From positions 1 through 58,436 of the forward strand of contig NIVC01002199.1 in assembly GCA_002269645.1 (NCBI GenBank): 58,436 bases of DNA, in the 5' to 3' direction. Positions 1 to 12,129 of this stretch are shown one piece after another (position 1 is the first letter of the stretch; each line of letters begins with the position of its first letter). A program made the translations under genes and the position numbers. The DNA is from Macrostomum lignano (lineage: Eukaryota). The notes beneath the pieces are model-generated. The model searched no databases and was not told the origin of the DNA. It worked only from the letters and a program-made list of their open reading frames with translations.

Positions 1-194
1 ACAGGCTGAGCTGGTCGGTTTGCGCATCTGCCTATTATGACAGGTGTAATCTATTAACTATGCCTTTGTCCTAAACCTCCCATTCCTAAATGCAAACAAT
101 CTCAATCAAAGCCAATTTGCACTCACTTCAAACAGGCAACGATAAAGGCGTCGAAACTGGCCCTGTTCGCCATTTGATTCGCTTTTCGATGCAT

Positions 195-274
195 TTATTT
201 GACGCACAATGGCCGACAGCTTTGGACCAATCGGTACTGCGGAAATGCAATGTTTCGTTCCACATGAAACGGCA
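195..274 (-). CDS. Uncharacterised gene A, putative last exon
   Basis: Acceptor cctaag at 275-277, phase 1 matching the upstream donor; reads VPFHVERNIAFPQYRLVQSCRPLCVK to TAA at 195-197. No family recognised. Confidence 0.35.
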
Positions 275-383
275 CTTAGGCTAAGTCGTCAAAGAGTCGC
301 CCACAACAACAACAACAACAACAACTTGTGACGCAAAGCAATCGAATCCTCCCCCCCCCCTCGTTCGTGGTTCTGAGACTCAC

Positions 384-558
384 CGCAACTGGCACAAGAC
401 TCTTCAACCAGCAGACACAGCGGCGAAGCCATCAGTCTGCTTTTCTTTAACAGCAGATTTCTCTGTTGAACAGTTCTAGCCTTGCTAACATTGCCGCCAA
501 ATTGATTGACAAATTCGGCTGTGGACCAAGCGCTGGACATTGCTAAACCGTTGCTAAA
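384..558 (-). CDS. Uncharacterised gene A, putative internal exon
   Basis: Within ORF 289..540; tag acceptor at 559-561; strong donor TGC G|gtgagt at 383. Confidence 0.4.
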
Positions 559-612
559 CTAAACTGTACAATGAGCGGCACAGTAAACCTACAATAACAG
601 ATGAAGATTGAC

Positions 613-825
613 CGTTGCTAGCAAACTGCAGATCGATATCAGCTGTTCGACCGCAGACGCGGCTTGAGCAGGACAATCGATTGAGTTGCGAGTAGGCGAT
701 TCGGGTACTGGAAGGCGAGATGGTGCAGCAGTTTGAGCCGGTTCGCTGGACACAGGCGAGCCGCAGAATTCCAACGGCGGGCTGTCCTCGTCGTCGCCAT
801 AGAGACCAACTGACTGGGGTATTAC
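613..825 (-). CDS. Uncharacterised gene A, putative internal exon (P/S/E-rich)
   Basis: Within ORF 589..852; phase-0 acceptor accag at 826-828 downstream of a CTAAT branch-like motif; donor at 612 is weak (GTCAAT). Confidence 0.4.
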
Positions 826-964
826 CTGGTCTCGGGAAATATTGTTGAGCACGGATTGATTGGTTAATTAGTCTTCAGGATGTTAAGTTAGTCTATAGGA
901 AGCTATATCTATCTTTGGAATTTTTCAGTTAGCCAGTAGGAAATACGGGGAATTTTTGTTAAAA

Positions 965-2388
965 TTTTGGGGAACTTTTTAAGAATTAGTCAGTGAGACT
1001 CATGGGAATTTTTAAGAATTAGTCAGTGAGACTCATGGGAATTTTTAAGAATTAGTCAGTGAGACTCATGGGAATTTTTAAGAATTAGTCAGTGAGACTC
1101 ATGGGGAACTTTTTTAGAATTAGCCAGACGGAATCATGGGGAATTTTTAGAATTAGTCAAAGGGAATCATGGGGAACTTTTTTAGAATTAGCCAATGGGA
1201 ATCATGGGGAATTTTTTAGAATTAGCAATGGGAATCATGGGGAATTTTTTAGAATTAGCCAGTCGGAATCATGGGAAGTTTTTTAGAATTAGCCAATGGG
1301 AATCATGGGGAAGTTTTTTAGAATTAGCCAATGGGAATCATGGGGAATTTTTTAGAATTAGCCAATGGGAATCATGGGGAAGTTTTTTAGAATTAGCCAA
1401 TGGGAATCATGGGGAAGTTTTTTAGAATTAGCCAATGGGAATCATGGGGAATTTTTTAGAATTAGCCAATAGGAATCATGGAGAAGTTTTTTAGAATTAG
1501 CCAGTGAGACTCATGGGAATTTTTTAGAATTAGCCAATAGGAATCATGGAGAAGTCTTTTTTAAATTAGCCAGTGGGAATCATGGGGATGGGGAATTTTT
1601 CAGAATTAGTCAAAGGGAATCATGGGGAATTTTTTTAGAATTAGCCAGTGGGAATCATGGAGAAGTTTTTTAGAATTAGCCAGTGGGAATCATGGGGATG
1701 GGGAATTTTTCAGAATTAGTCAAAGGAATCATGGGAATTTTTTAGAATTAGCCAGTGGGAATCATGGAGAAGTTTTTTAGAATTAGCCAGTGGGAATCAT
1801 GGGGATGGGGAATTTTTTAGAATTAGCCAGTGGGAATCATGGGGATGGGGAATTTTTTAGAATTAGCCAGTGGGAATCATGGAGAAGTTTTTTAGAATTA
1901 GCAAGTGGGAATCATGGGGAACTGTTTTAGAATTAGTCAGTGAGACTCATGGGAATTTTTTAGAATTAGCCAATGGGAATCATGGGGATTTTTTTAGAAT
2001 TAGCCAATAGGAATCATGGGGAAGTTTTTAAGAATTAGTCAAAGGGAATCATGGGGAATTTTTTTAGAATTAGCCAGTGGGAATCATGGGGATGGGGAAT
2101 TTTTTAGAATTAGCCAGTGGGAATCATGGGGATGGGGAATTTTTTAGAATTAGCCAGTGGGAACCATGGGGAATTTTTTTAGAATTAGCCAGTGGGAATC
2201 ATGGGGAACTTTTTTAGAATTAGTCAGTGAGACTCATGGGAATTTTTTAGAATTAGCCAATGGGAATCATGGGGAATTTTTAAGAATTAGCCAATGGGAA
2301 TCATGGGGAATTTTTTAGAATTAGCCAATAGGAATCATGGAGAAGTTTTTTAGAATTAGCCAATGGGAATCATGGGGAATTTTAATTA
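965..2388. repeat. Minisatellite, about 33-35 bp unit (GAATTAGCCAATGGGAATCATGGGGAATTTTTTA), about 40 copies
   Basis: Tandem periodicity visible directly, with variants GTCAGTGAGACTCATGGG and GCCAGTGGGAATC; lies in a putative intron of gene A. Confidence 0.95.
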
Positions 2389-2401
2389 GTGGGACATACA
2401 T

Positions 2402-2557
2402 GCGCAACCTTGGGAATCACCCGGCCGTTTCTATTGGCAACACACACATGTAAGTCGCTATTGGCTGAGAGCAGTCACGTGACCAATATTCTGTCCAATA
2501 GCGACTTACATGTGTGTGTTGCCAATAGAAACGGCCGGGTGAATCCCTAGTTTGCGC
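2402..2557. mobile_element. Near-perfect 156-bp palindrome (MITE-like foldback)
   Basis: Arms 2412-2464 and 2495-2547 are reverse complements with 1 mismatch in 53 bp, extendable to 63 bp with 3 mismatches; the 30-nt loop contains GTCACGTGAC. Confidence 0.7.
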
Positions 2558-2698
2558 CCAAGCATGAGTGGGAACTATAGAGAATTTTTCTAGTTAATAA
2601 GAAGGAATTATTTAGCCCGCGAGAATGATGGAGAATGTATGTATGATCAGGGATACTGAAAGCAAGGTTCAAAGCCAGCTCAGAATAATAATTCTCAC

Positions 2699-3405
2699 GT
2701 GGAAGTCTTGCCCGATCAGGGAGAGCTTGGCCGGTGGCAGAGACAAGCACCTGCTAGCAGCATGATCGTCGCAGCTTGTGCAGCGAACTTTCTGACGCCT
2801 CCTGCTGCGTCCGCGACTTGATCTGGGAGCAGCAGCAGCAGCAGCCGGAGCATCTGCACTAGAAGCAGAGACGGCGCCAATTCCTCCGCTAGGTGGCCTT
2901 CGTCTCCGCCTCGAACAGCGACTGCTTGGATTGCTGCTACTAGAGGAGTCAGGCAGATTGGTGGATACGCCAGCCGGCAATTCTTGGCGTAGAAATGCCA
3001 GATCTGGCAAATTCGAACAGCTGACAGCTGATCGAAGTAGTTGGTTCGATTCCAGCTTTTGATCGCTACTATTATTATTATCATTATGCCGAACTAATAA
3101 CGATTGTGGATGTTGAAGAATTCTCAGATTTGAAGGCCGACGATCGGATTTCAGGCCGCGCCAAGTTGTACGCCGGGAGCAAGGCGGGGCGGCCTGTCTG
3201 GTCTGGCAAGGGCTGCTACGAGTTGCCTGCTGACTTGCCTGATTGGCAGTGCTGCTGTCGCGACGTTGGCGAGCCACTGCAGCCCAGGTGGTGCCTCTCT
3301 GTCGCTGCAGCTGCTGATGCTGTTGAGTCCGCGTTCTCTCACACTGCTCAGGCTGAGTAGGACTAGATAAACAGAAGTCGCTTTGCCAAGCTACTGTGCC
3401 TACTG
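2699..3405 (-). CDS. Uncharacterised gene A, large low-complexity exon (5' boundary approximate)
   Basis: ORF 2669..3445 with Q/S/R/A-rich tracts like the exons of neighbouring genes; donor CAC|gtgaga at 2698; several phase-1 acceptors follow a TACTAAC branch motif near 3415-3425. Confidence 0.55.
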
Positions 3406-3537
3406 CTGCGTTGCTGTTAGTAACAGATTTCCTACTATCGTACACTTGACGCTCTTCTTGCAGCGACTGGGCAATGGTTGGCCGGTCTGCGGGCGGTTGG
3501 AGATAAATTGTATATCAGGGGTAATAAAATTGTGGTT

Positions 3538-4101
3538 TGGGAGGCTGGCCCAGCAACTGATGATCTGGGAGGCTGGCCCAGCAACTGAGGATCTGGGAGG
3601 CTGGCCTAGCAACTGAGGATCTGGGAGGCTGACCCAGCAACTGCGGATCTGGGAGGCTGGCCCAGCAACTGACACTCTGGGAGGCTGGCCCACCAACTGA
3701 GGATCTGGACGCTGACCCAGCAACTGAGGATCTGGGAGGCTGGCCCAGCAACTAAGGATCTGGGAAGGTGGCCCAGCAACTGAGGATCTGGGACGCTGAC
3801 CCAGCAACTGAGGATCTGGGAGGCTGGCCCAGCAACTGAGGATCTGGGAGGCTGGCCCAGCAACTGAGGATCTGGGAGGCTGGCCCAGCAACTGAGGATC
3901 TGGACGCTGACCCAGCAACTGAGGATCTGGGAGGCTGGCCCAGCAACTGAGGATCTGGGAGGCTGGCCCAGCAACTGAGGATCTGGACGCTGACCCAGCA
4001 ACTAAGGATCTGGGAGGCTGGCCCAGCAACTGAGGATCTGGGAGGCTGGCCCAGCAACTAAGGATCTGGGAGGCTGGCCCAGCAACTAAGGATCTGGGAA
4101 G
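3538..4101. repeat. Minisatellite, 28-bp unit GGAGGCTGGCCCAGCAACTGAGGATCTG, about 20 copies
   Basis: Direct periodicity; shorter GGACGCTGACCC variant units; same family as 51754-52185 in the opposite orientation. Confidence 0.95.
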
Positions 4102-4201
4102 GTGGTTGGTTAATTACCTTCAAGTGTTTAACCAACGTTTGGGTTTTCATGCTGGTATAACAAGAGATATATTGACAAAAAACATTTAAAGCATAACTTA
4201 C

Positions 4202-4352
4202 AAGCAACAATGGGCTCAAATGGTTGCATAAATTCCTCATCAAAAGCCAGATCTAAGCCAGCTTGCAGTAAAGAGTCTTGCAGACCATATGAGTAGCTAG
4301 ATGATCGATTTAGATTACCATTAGTGCCAGAGAATCCCATAGTATCAGTTGA
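4202..4352 (-). CDS. Uncharacterised gene A, putative upstream exon
   Basis: Acceptor atttctag at 4353-4356; only one open frame (STDTMGFSGTNG...DLAFDEEFMQPFEPIVA); donor T|gtaagt at 4201. Confidence 0.5.
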
Positions 4353-4542
4353 CTAGAAATATAAAGAAAAATATTTAATTTTCAACTGTATAATTTTTAA
4401 CTTCAGAAACATTTTCAAGTATCAAATCGAAGTTACTTACAAAATCAAGCCAAGTAGGACAGGTCATCTTGAATAAAAACTGAAATAAAAATTGAAATAG
4501 TGTGTGTAATCATTTAGCAATATAAAGAAGTAATCCAATATA

Positions 4543-5179
4543 CACTCAGCAACAGTCAAAACTGCCACCCCACCAAGAGAGGTGACTTCTCTCTCACCTC
4601 AACTGCAAGTGATGCAACTTGCGCCATGGTGTGGCTAAAGCTTGGTGAGAGTGAATGCAGGAGAGGGCAATCAAGGGATGCAGGGGATGCCCCATCTGCT
4701 TCTTTCACCCCACATTAGATAGAGCAGGGTGGCTAGTGCAGTCGGAGTTCGCCTGACAATCTGCAGCAGACATTGATTTGCCCTGGCTATTGAGCTGCGG
4801 AGATCATGGCACTGGCTGCCTATGGCTGCGTGCTGAACATTACTTAGTATCTTGGGACTTCATTAACAGCACTTGAATTGTTGAATGTGATCAGCCAAAT
4901 TGGCAAGCAACTGCGCTGATGGATACACCAGCTTCTAGCATGCCAACAACAACAATGCACTATCATTCAGCATCTGTCATATGCCTGACCTGACCATTGT
5001 CACGTCCACATGTACTGTAGCACCCCTAACCCTAACCCTAGTCCCTTTTGTACTCTCACCCTGGAATTCACTCTTACCTAGCTTTAGCCATGCCATGGCG
5101 CAAGTTACGTTACTTGCAGTTGAGGTGAGAGAGAAGTCGCCTCTCTTGGTAGGGTGGCAGTTTTGACTATTGCTGAGTA
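4543..5179. mobile_element. Non-autonomous DNA transposon (MITE) with about 120-bp TIRs and TA flanks
   Basis: 4543-4665 is the reverse complement of about 5058-5179 with scattered mismatches; TA at 4541-4542 and 5180-5181, consistent with a Tc1/mariner-type TSD; no internal transposase ORF. Confidence 0.8.
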
Positions 5180-6008
5180 TAAGTTAGTTAAGTAGTTAAG
5201 CATTTTTTGAAAATTATGCTATAAATTAGTTAGGCCTAATTTTTATAACTTAAGTCATAAGATAATAAATCTATGGTTCTTAAGGATTTAAATAGGCCTA
5301 GGTTTAGTAATTGTTTACTTTTAAAGTTAATACTAAGGATAAGGTAATTTTAAGTGGCTTTACAATATAAGAAATCTTAATAAAAAAAATTTAAAATTTA
5401 AAAAATTAAGCAATGAAAAAATATTTTATTGCTAATGCCTTTGTTCCTTAGTAAACCTTTAGGCTCTAGCTAGGCCTAGGCTATAAGCCTATTTATACAT
5501 AGCTTAAACCAATAGGCTTATATCAATACAATAGCCTATTGTTAAGTTAAACATCAATAGACCATGATTCATAGACGATTATATAAGGGTTTGAATTTTA
5601 AAAACTAGCTAGACTATTGAATTAACAAGGCATACACCTAATAGTTAACAGAACAAACAAAACAAAGCAAGCGAAACATATAAATGGCAGCTAAAAGGCA
5701 ATAACTAGCTCGTATGCCTTAGGCAGTATGGCTATAGCCTGTAGTCATTACCAATTACCATAGCATAGGAAAATTTTTAGGGATCGAAAAATTAATCCGC
5801 TTTTTACACAATGAATGATAACAGACAACAATAAAATAAAGTTAAACGTATTTATAAGCCTATTTTTATTTTCCAATATACTAAAAATTCTTAACTGTAA
5901 ATATTGGCATAAATTAATTATACAATACGGTCTGGATATTACGTATCTGTTTCCCCATAGATATTCGTATTGATATTCAATTTCTAACAAATGCAACAAA
6001 ATAAACCT

Positions 6009-6888
6009 ACTTGTACAGCTCGGATTTGCTTGAAAATTTACAGAAAAATTATTACACACAAAACAAACACCTCTGTGAAACTTCAAGTCCATCAGACCAC
6101 GCAAAGCGGAATGGCAAGAGTTTTAAAGGTGCTCGTATTTATAATGCATTGTATATGCGCACAGTGTATAACATGTATGCCCATTTGCAACACTTGTACA
6201 GCTCGGATTTGCATGAAAATTTACAGAAAAATTATTACACACAAAACAAACACCTCTGTGAAACTTCAAGTCCATCAGACCACGCAAAGCGGAATGGCAA
6301 GAGTTTTAAAGGTGCTCGTATTTATAATGCATTGTATATGCGCACAGTGTATAACATGTATGCCCATTTGCAACACTTGTACAGCTCGGATTTGCATGAA
6401 AATTTACAGAAAAATTATTACACACAAAACAAACACCTCTGTGAAACTTCAAGTCCATCAGACCACGCAAAGCGGAATGGCAAGAGTTTTAAAGGTGCTC
6501 GTATTTATAATGCATTGTATATGCGCACAGTGTATAACATGTATGCTCATTTGCAACACTTGTACAGCTCGGATTTGCATGAAAATTTACAGAAAAATTA
6601 TTACACACAAAACAAACACCTCTGTGAAACTTCAAGTCCATCAGACCACGCAAAGCGGAATGGCAAGAGTTTTAAAGGTGCTCGTATTTATAATGCATTG
6701 TATATGCGCACAGTGTATAACATGTATGCTCATTTGCAACACTTGTACAGCTCGGATTTGCATGAAAATTTACAGAAAAATTATTACACACAAAACAAAC
6801 ATCTTTGTGAAACTTCAAGTCCATCAGACCACGCAAAGCGGAATGGCAAGAGTTTTAAAGGTGCTCGTATTTATAATGCATTGTATAT
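6009..6888. repeat. Tandem repeat, 183-bp unit, about 4.8 near-identical copies
   Basis: TTGTACAGCTCGG recurs at 6011, 6194 and onward every 183 bp; ORF track shows 61-aa periodicity in two frames. Confidence 0.97.
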
Positions 6889-7159
6889 GAATTCCAATCC
6901 CAGCCGGAACTACTTTTGCTTGTGTTCCAGAATATGAAGTTATACTCAAACACAGAACTTGTTAATAATTATAGGATAGAGTTAAAAATAAAAGTGGAGT
7001 ATAAGTTCGTATAAAATTAGAATTTGAGGCAAGCATTAATCACATGTTGGCTTGTGGTGTTGCCCAAGAATGTCAGGCAATGTCTGTCTTAAAACAAGTA
7101 TTGGCAAACTCCGGCCTCTGTCCCTGCGCCTCCCTACGTCCCTAGATTCCTTTGAAACT

Positions 7160-8254
7160 TCAGTCAATTCTCTACTGTTTCCTCTCTTCTCTATCGTCTC
7201 TCATCCTTTCCCTCCCATCTCATCTCATCTCTTTTTTCCTCTCTCCTTTATTTCTTCCTTCTCCCCGATCTTTTCTTGTCTCTCCTTATCTTTCTTTGGT
7301 TTTTCTACTCTCTTCTCTCTCATTGCTTTATCATCTCTCCTTTCTCTTCTTATTTTCTGCTCTCTTATCTCTTCTTATTTATCTCTGCTCTCTACTCTCT
7401 ATTCTCTCTCCCCTCTGTATAAATTCTCACTCCTCACTCTCCCCTCTTTCTTGACACTTCCCACTTCTCTCCTCTCTCCGATCTCTTCTCTCTACTCTCC
7501 CCCGATCTGCTCTCGTCTCTCATCTCTTCTATCATCTCTTTACTCTCTCCTCTCTCGTCTCAATCCTCTGTAATATATCTTTCCTGCCTCATACTCTCTC
7601 TCATTATCTGATCTGTAGTCTCCTTTTATCATCTCTCCTCTCTCAACTTCCTCCACTACTCTCACCTCTCCTCTCCATCTCTCTCTCCCTCGCTCTTATC
7701 TCTCCACTCATCTCTCTGTTCTCTGCTCTCCCATCTCTCATCTCCTTACTATATTCTCTCCCCTCTCCGTTCTTCTCTTTCCTCTCCTCTCCCCTGTCTC
7801 TCCCTTTCCCCTCTCTCCCTTTTGCTCTCGATTCTCTCCCATCTTTTCTCCTCTTTCCTCACTCCACTTCTCTCTCTCCCTTTGTCTCTCCTCTCTGCTT
7901 TCGTGTCTGTAATAGATTCTCTCTTATCACTTCTATCTCCGCTGTTCTCTATTCTACCATCTGTCGTCTGTTCACTCTCGTATCTGCTCTCTCGATCATC
8001 TCTACTCTCTATTCTGTTATCTTTACTCTTATATGTTCTCAAATCTCTCCTCTGTACTATTTTCTTTCCCCTCTTATGACTCCTCTCTTCCAATCTCTTC
8101 TCTCCTCTCTCTCCACTCTCTAATCTCTAATCTCTTCTCTCTCATCTCTACTTTCTCCTCTCTCCTCTCTCTCCACTCTCTAATCTCTACTCTCTTCTCT
8201 CTCATCTCTACTTTCTCCTCTTCCTCTCTCTCCCATCTCATCTATCTCTTCTCT

Positions 8255-8353
<99 letters not shown>

Positions 8354-8440
8354 CTCTCTCTGTCTCATCTCATCTCTCTCATCTCTACTTTCTACTCTCT
8401 CTTCTCCTCATTTCATCTCTCTTCTTTCTCCTCCAATTTG
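7160..8440. repeat. CT-rich low-complexity tract including pure (TC)n at about 8257-8350
   Basis: Strong pyrimidine bias with degenerate CTCT repeats; the L/S-rich ORFs here are artefacts. Confidence 0.9.
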
Positions 8441-9102
8441 CAGCCCTGAGAGGAATTTGTGTATCTCCAGCTCCACTGCACTCCAGCAGTCTAACAACCT
8501 ATATTGCGTAGCTACTTTCTTATATCTATCTTCAGTTCATGTGCACTCGTCCTGTTTACTGTTTTTTGCCTCTCTGTCCAGCTATCTCTCTCCCTTGCTG
8601 CATTCTGATTGGCTATTTATTATCGTCTCTTTCTTTAGTCGCGCACCCACCCCTATTTTTCTATCAGCACACTCCCCACCCCTCTCTTTTAGTTTAATCT
8701 CTGATAAATGTAGACCTGCACGCTTGGTCCCTGCGTCCCACTTACTAGTTGCTTCTTTAATTTCAATTCTAAGTAAATTTTCTCATTTTCTCTTGAACGA
8801 ATACTAGATTCTATATAAGCAATAACTTAACTGACCATTGAATTTTTCAAATATGTGGACTCGTGGACTCGTATTTTTCTTCGTAGTACTGACCACAATT
8901 CTAGTAACTTTCTGTTTTGGACTGCCATCAAAAGAGCAGGTATTTGCAGTTTCATAACTTTCTGAATGCATGCAATGTCGAAACTGGATCTTTATCCGTA
9001 ATTTTAAATGGGTTATTCCTATTTTAGGCTCAATCTGTCCTGGTAGAAGCCAGTAGAATTTATCCTCCTCCAACTGGCTTTCGTCACTCTACACCACTTT
9101 AT

Positions 9103-10680
9103 GTGTTCTTATGTCGGGCACTCAAAATTCGAAACCGACTGCGATCGCGGGTATATCTTTGGGGTCTAATGAATAGGTCGCTACATGTACCCCAGTCAAC
9201 TGAGACGACTGATGCTGCAGGACGTTCCAACAGTGCATGTAGCCAGAAGAGCAAGAAAAATAAACCGACTGGAAAAGTCCAAGGAAAGAAAGCTCAGAGA
9301 TCGAAAAATAGACGTGCATATAATACAGCTGGCCAAAAACATTCAACGTTAAACGGGAGACGTCAGGCTGATAAAACGATTTATGAACCCAGCGACCCTA
9401 TAGTAGAAAACGACGATGGACAGAAAAGCGAAGATTTTTGCAACGCAGAGAATAGAGAAGAGAGAACAACGCGTGTACAAGTAGATTTGAATGCTACAAG
9501 CTCATCACAATCGACGTCAAACGAACAACCACCAGAAGTTGAGGAAAGTTCTGATGAAACTGGGGAGAATCGGATCGAACTATCGGAGAGTGATATCTGC
9601 AAAATTAACCTATCGGTGGAAGATAGTCAATCTGGACCAAAGTATACGTTTTCAAAAAGTTTTCTTAATGAAGCAGTTTGCCGTGCTATGCGACAAGTCG
9701 CTACGTGCTGTTTGAGGATGACGGGCTATAATCACATTCGAAAGCAGAATTCAAGAAAAAGTAAGCAGAATTTTTGGACAATTAGAGCGGAATGCAAAAT
9801 TGAAGGATGCAGAAGAAATTACGCTTTAATAATGAGAAGACCACCACGTGTTGACGGAACAACATGGTCTTGGGAGGTTATTATCACGGGAAGGTTAAAC
9901 CATCAAGATGCTACGGCTAGTTGTTTTCGTAGAACGACCGAATCAGAAAAACGTGAAATTTACGACGATATAAAAGAGGCCGGTGCCGTTGAAGCATTCA
10001 GAAGACGCTTTCTTGCGATCGAAAATTTACCATTCATTCTGTCGTGCAACTTTGATGCGTGCAAAACCAAAACTGTGATGTATAATTTAAAAAGTAAAAT
10101 GGAGAAAGACGAGAGGTTACACTCTGTTCTTTTTGTTGAGCTTGGAGGTCTACAAGACATTTTTAAACTTCGATATCCGCATCCGATTTTTCCTGGAGTC
10201 ATAATGGAGCGTAGTTTAGATCCACTACGTGTTGTATTATTGTCCAACCTTGAAATACAGCTTCTTAGAGCAATTATGTCAGCTCGTACTCCAACAGTGC
10301 TGCATATCGACGCTACTGGCTCGTTAATAGAAAAAAACTGTTCACCTCATCCTGTTCTACTCTATTCTGTCATCACAACTGCTACTGATTCTGTTCCATC
10401 GTCGCCAGTTGGGAATATGATTACAGACTCCCATAACGTTGCATCCATTTCTCACTTTCTAAAACTCCTCCGCCATAGAATTCTGCACTGTGTAAACTCA
10501 CCTTTTTCTGTTGACCTAAATATTCTTTTTATTTCCGACTTTTCATGGGCGCAAATTCATTCATGCTTAGACTTCCACCACACGGACGTGACAACGTACA
10601 TCCAAATGCATTACAATTACTTTATTACGGACACCCGAACCCGACATTTAATTTATAGTCACCCGAACCGCAAAAATTAA
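9103..10680 (+). mobile_element. Mutator-like (NOF-FB-related) DDE transposase ORF, C-terminally truncated
   Basis: 525-codon ORF (first ATG at 9169) with a C-x4-C...H motif (ECKIEGC...LNH), then LHIDATGS (first catalytic Asp) and FISDFSWAQIHS (second Asp); stops at about the expected C/D-xx-H position (IYSH) before the catalytic Glu. No TIRs found. Confidence 0.75.
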
Positions 10681-12129
10681 CTTCGTGCGACTTACTAAAC
10701 TGTTATTAATAAACAAAGCGAATGCGTATATCGAAAGGTAATCTTCTAGTAAAAAGTCTACGCATGTAAATAACAGTTTTTGTTTTTTAAAAAAAGGCAC
10801 ATAACTGTTGATTTTATCTGTTTTCCTGACTATCGCGCTATGTCTGTTAAGAGTCAAATCAGATTTGCTTGAATTAATTTATTTCATTTAGGGCAGGATG
10901 GGTAGCAGAACATATGTTATTTGTGGCTAATAGTGTAATAGTGTAATAAGAATTTAGTCTCCACTGAACGCCAATATCGGTCCGTCTGACTATGGTACGT
11001 GGCTATTCATAGGTAAGATGATACATGGAGCAACAGAAAAATGTTTTGCATGTAACAACCCGTCAAGCAGATAAAATAGGAAATACATATGTATTTACAC
11101 CTTTATGGCTTAAAATGTACAATCCAAAGTCTATAGTGGCCTAAACAGAACCCACAAGCTACGAGAGACAGCTAGCCTGACCATGATTAGATGGATTCAC
11201 ATAAATAATTATTGTCCCTTGCTTATCGGGCGGCCCCATTTGGGGAGCACTACATTGGCAGTAAAAATCCTAAAAACCCCATATACTAACAGACTGCAAT
11301 ACTTTTTTTTCAGATCTCTAAGTATTATACAAGCTCAATTACTCCACTGCACTGCTTCCAGCTGTGCATAAAAACTTTCACAGACCAGAAATTTAAGTAC
11401 GAGAGTGTATGAAAGATTACTATCTAGCAGTTTAGTTTCACACTGCAAAAGATAGAGAAAATATAAAAAATATAAGTCACGCCTCATATATGAAGTATTA
11501 TAAATTTATGCTATTGTGTGGATCACTATTATTTAAAAAATGAACAGACAGTTTATTTTTACGATTTTAAATTCACAGGTGAAACACTTGTTCGTCATGT
11601 GCGTTAAAATTCAATACCAAATGTTTTTGTCAACACAAGTACTAAAATAATGCCAAATACGTACAATATTAACAATCTATTCTAACAGAAACACTAAGAA
11701 AGTGGATCTAATTAACATCAAGTTATATTCTTTGCGATAGAATTTTCAAAACTACTTATAGTAAGTGTTCACGGATCATTAACGACAGTTCGCTAAAAGG
11801 GTTAATATGAAATCCAAAAATAAGCAAATAGGAAAAAAATACTTGCAAAATTTGGGCAGACTAAACCTCACAAATCCATCGGTTCAATCTACTTAACGAA
11901 AGATCAACATTTTTGCTGGATTCACGAAAGAAATAACCGCATACGAGCGTAAATGTCTACTAAAAGTTCATTTCTGTTTAAAGCGTTTTGTAGCATTATG
12001 GAATAGCTGCATATGCGCAATATTAATGTAATAGTAAATATGAGAATGTAAGATAACTCCAAAAGATAGACATGTAAGATAGTAAAACTGCTTAAAATAT
12101 CAACTGGCAAACAGATCAGTAAAATACTG

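Noticed and set aside
7052-8449. Leu/Ser-rich membrane-protein-like ORFs
   Set aside because: Artefacts of CT-rich low-complexity DNA.
8804-9073. 89-aa minus-strand ORF divergent from the transposase
   Set aside because: Short, non-ATG start likely, no recognisable motif.
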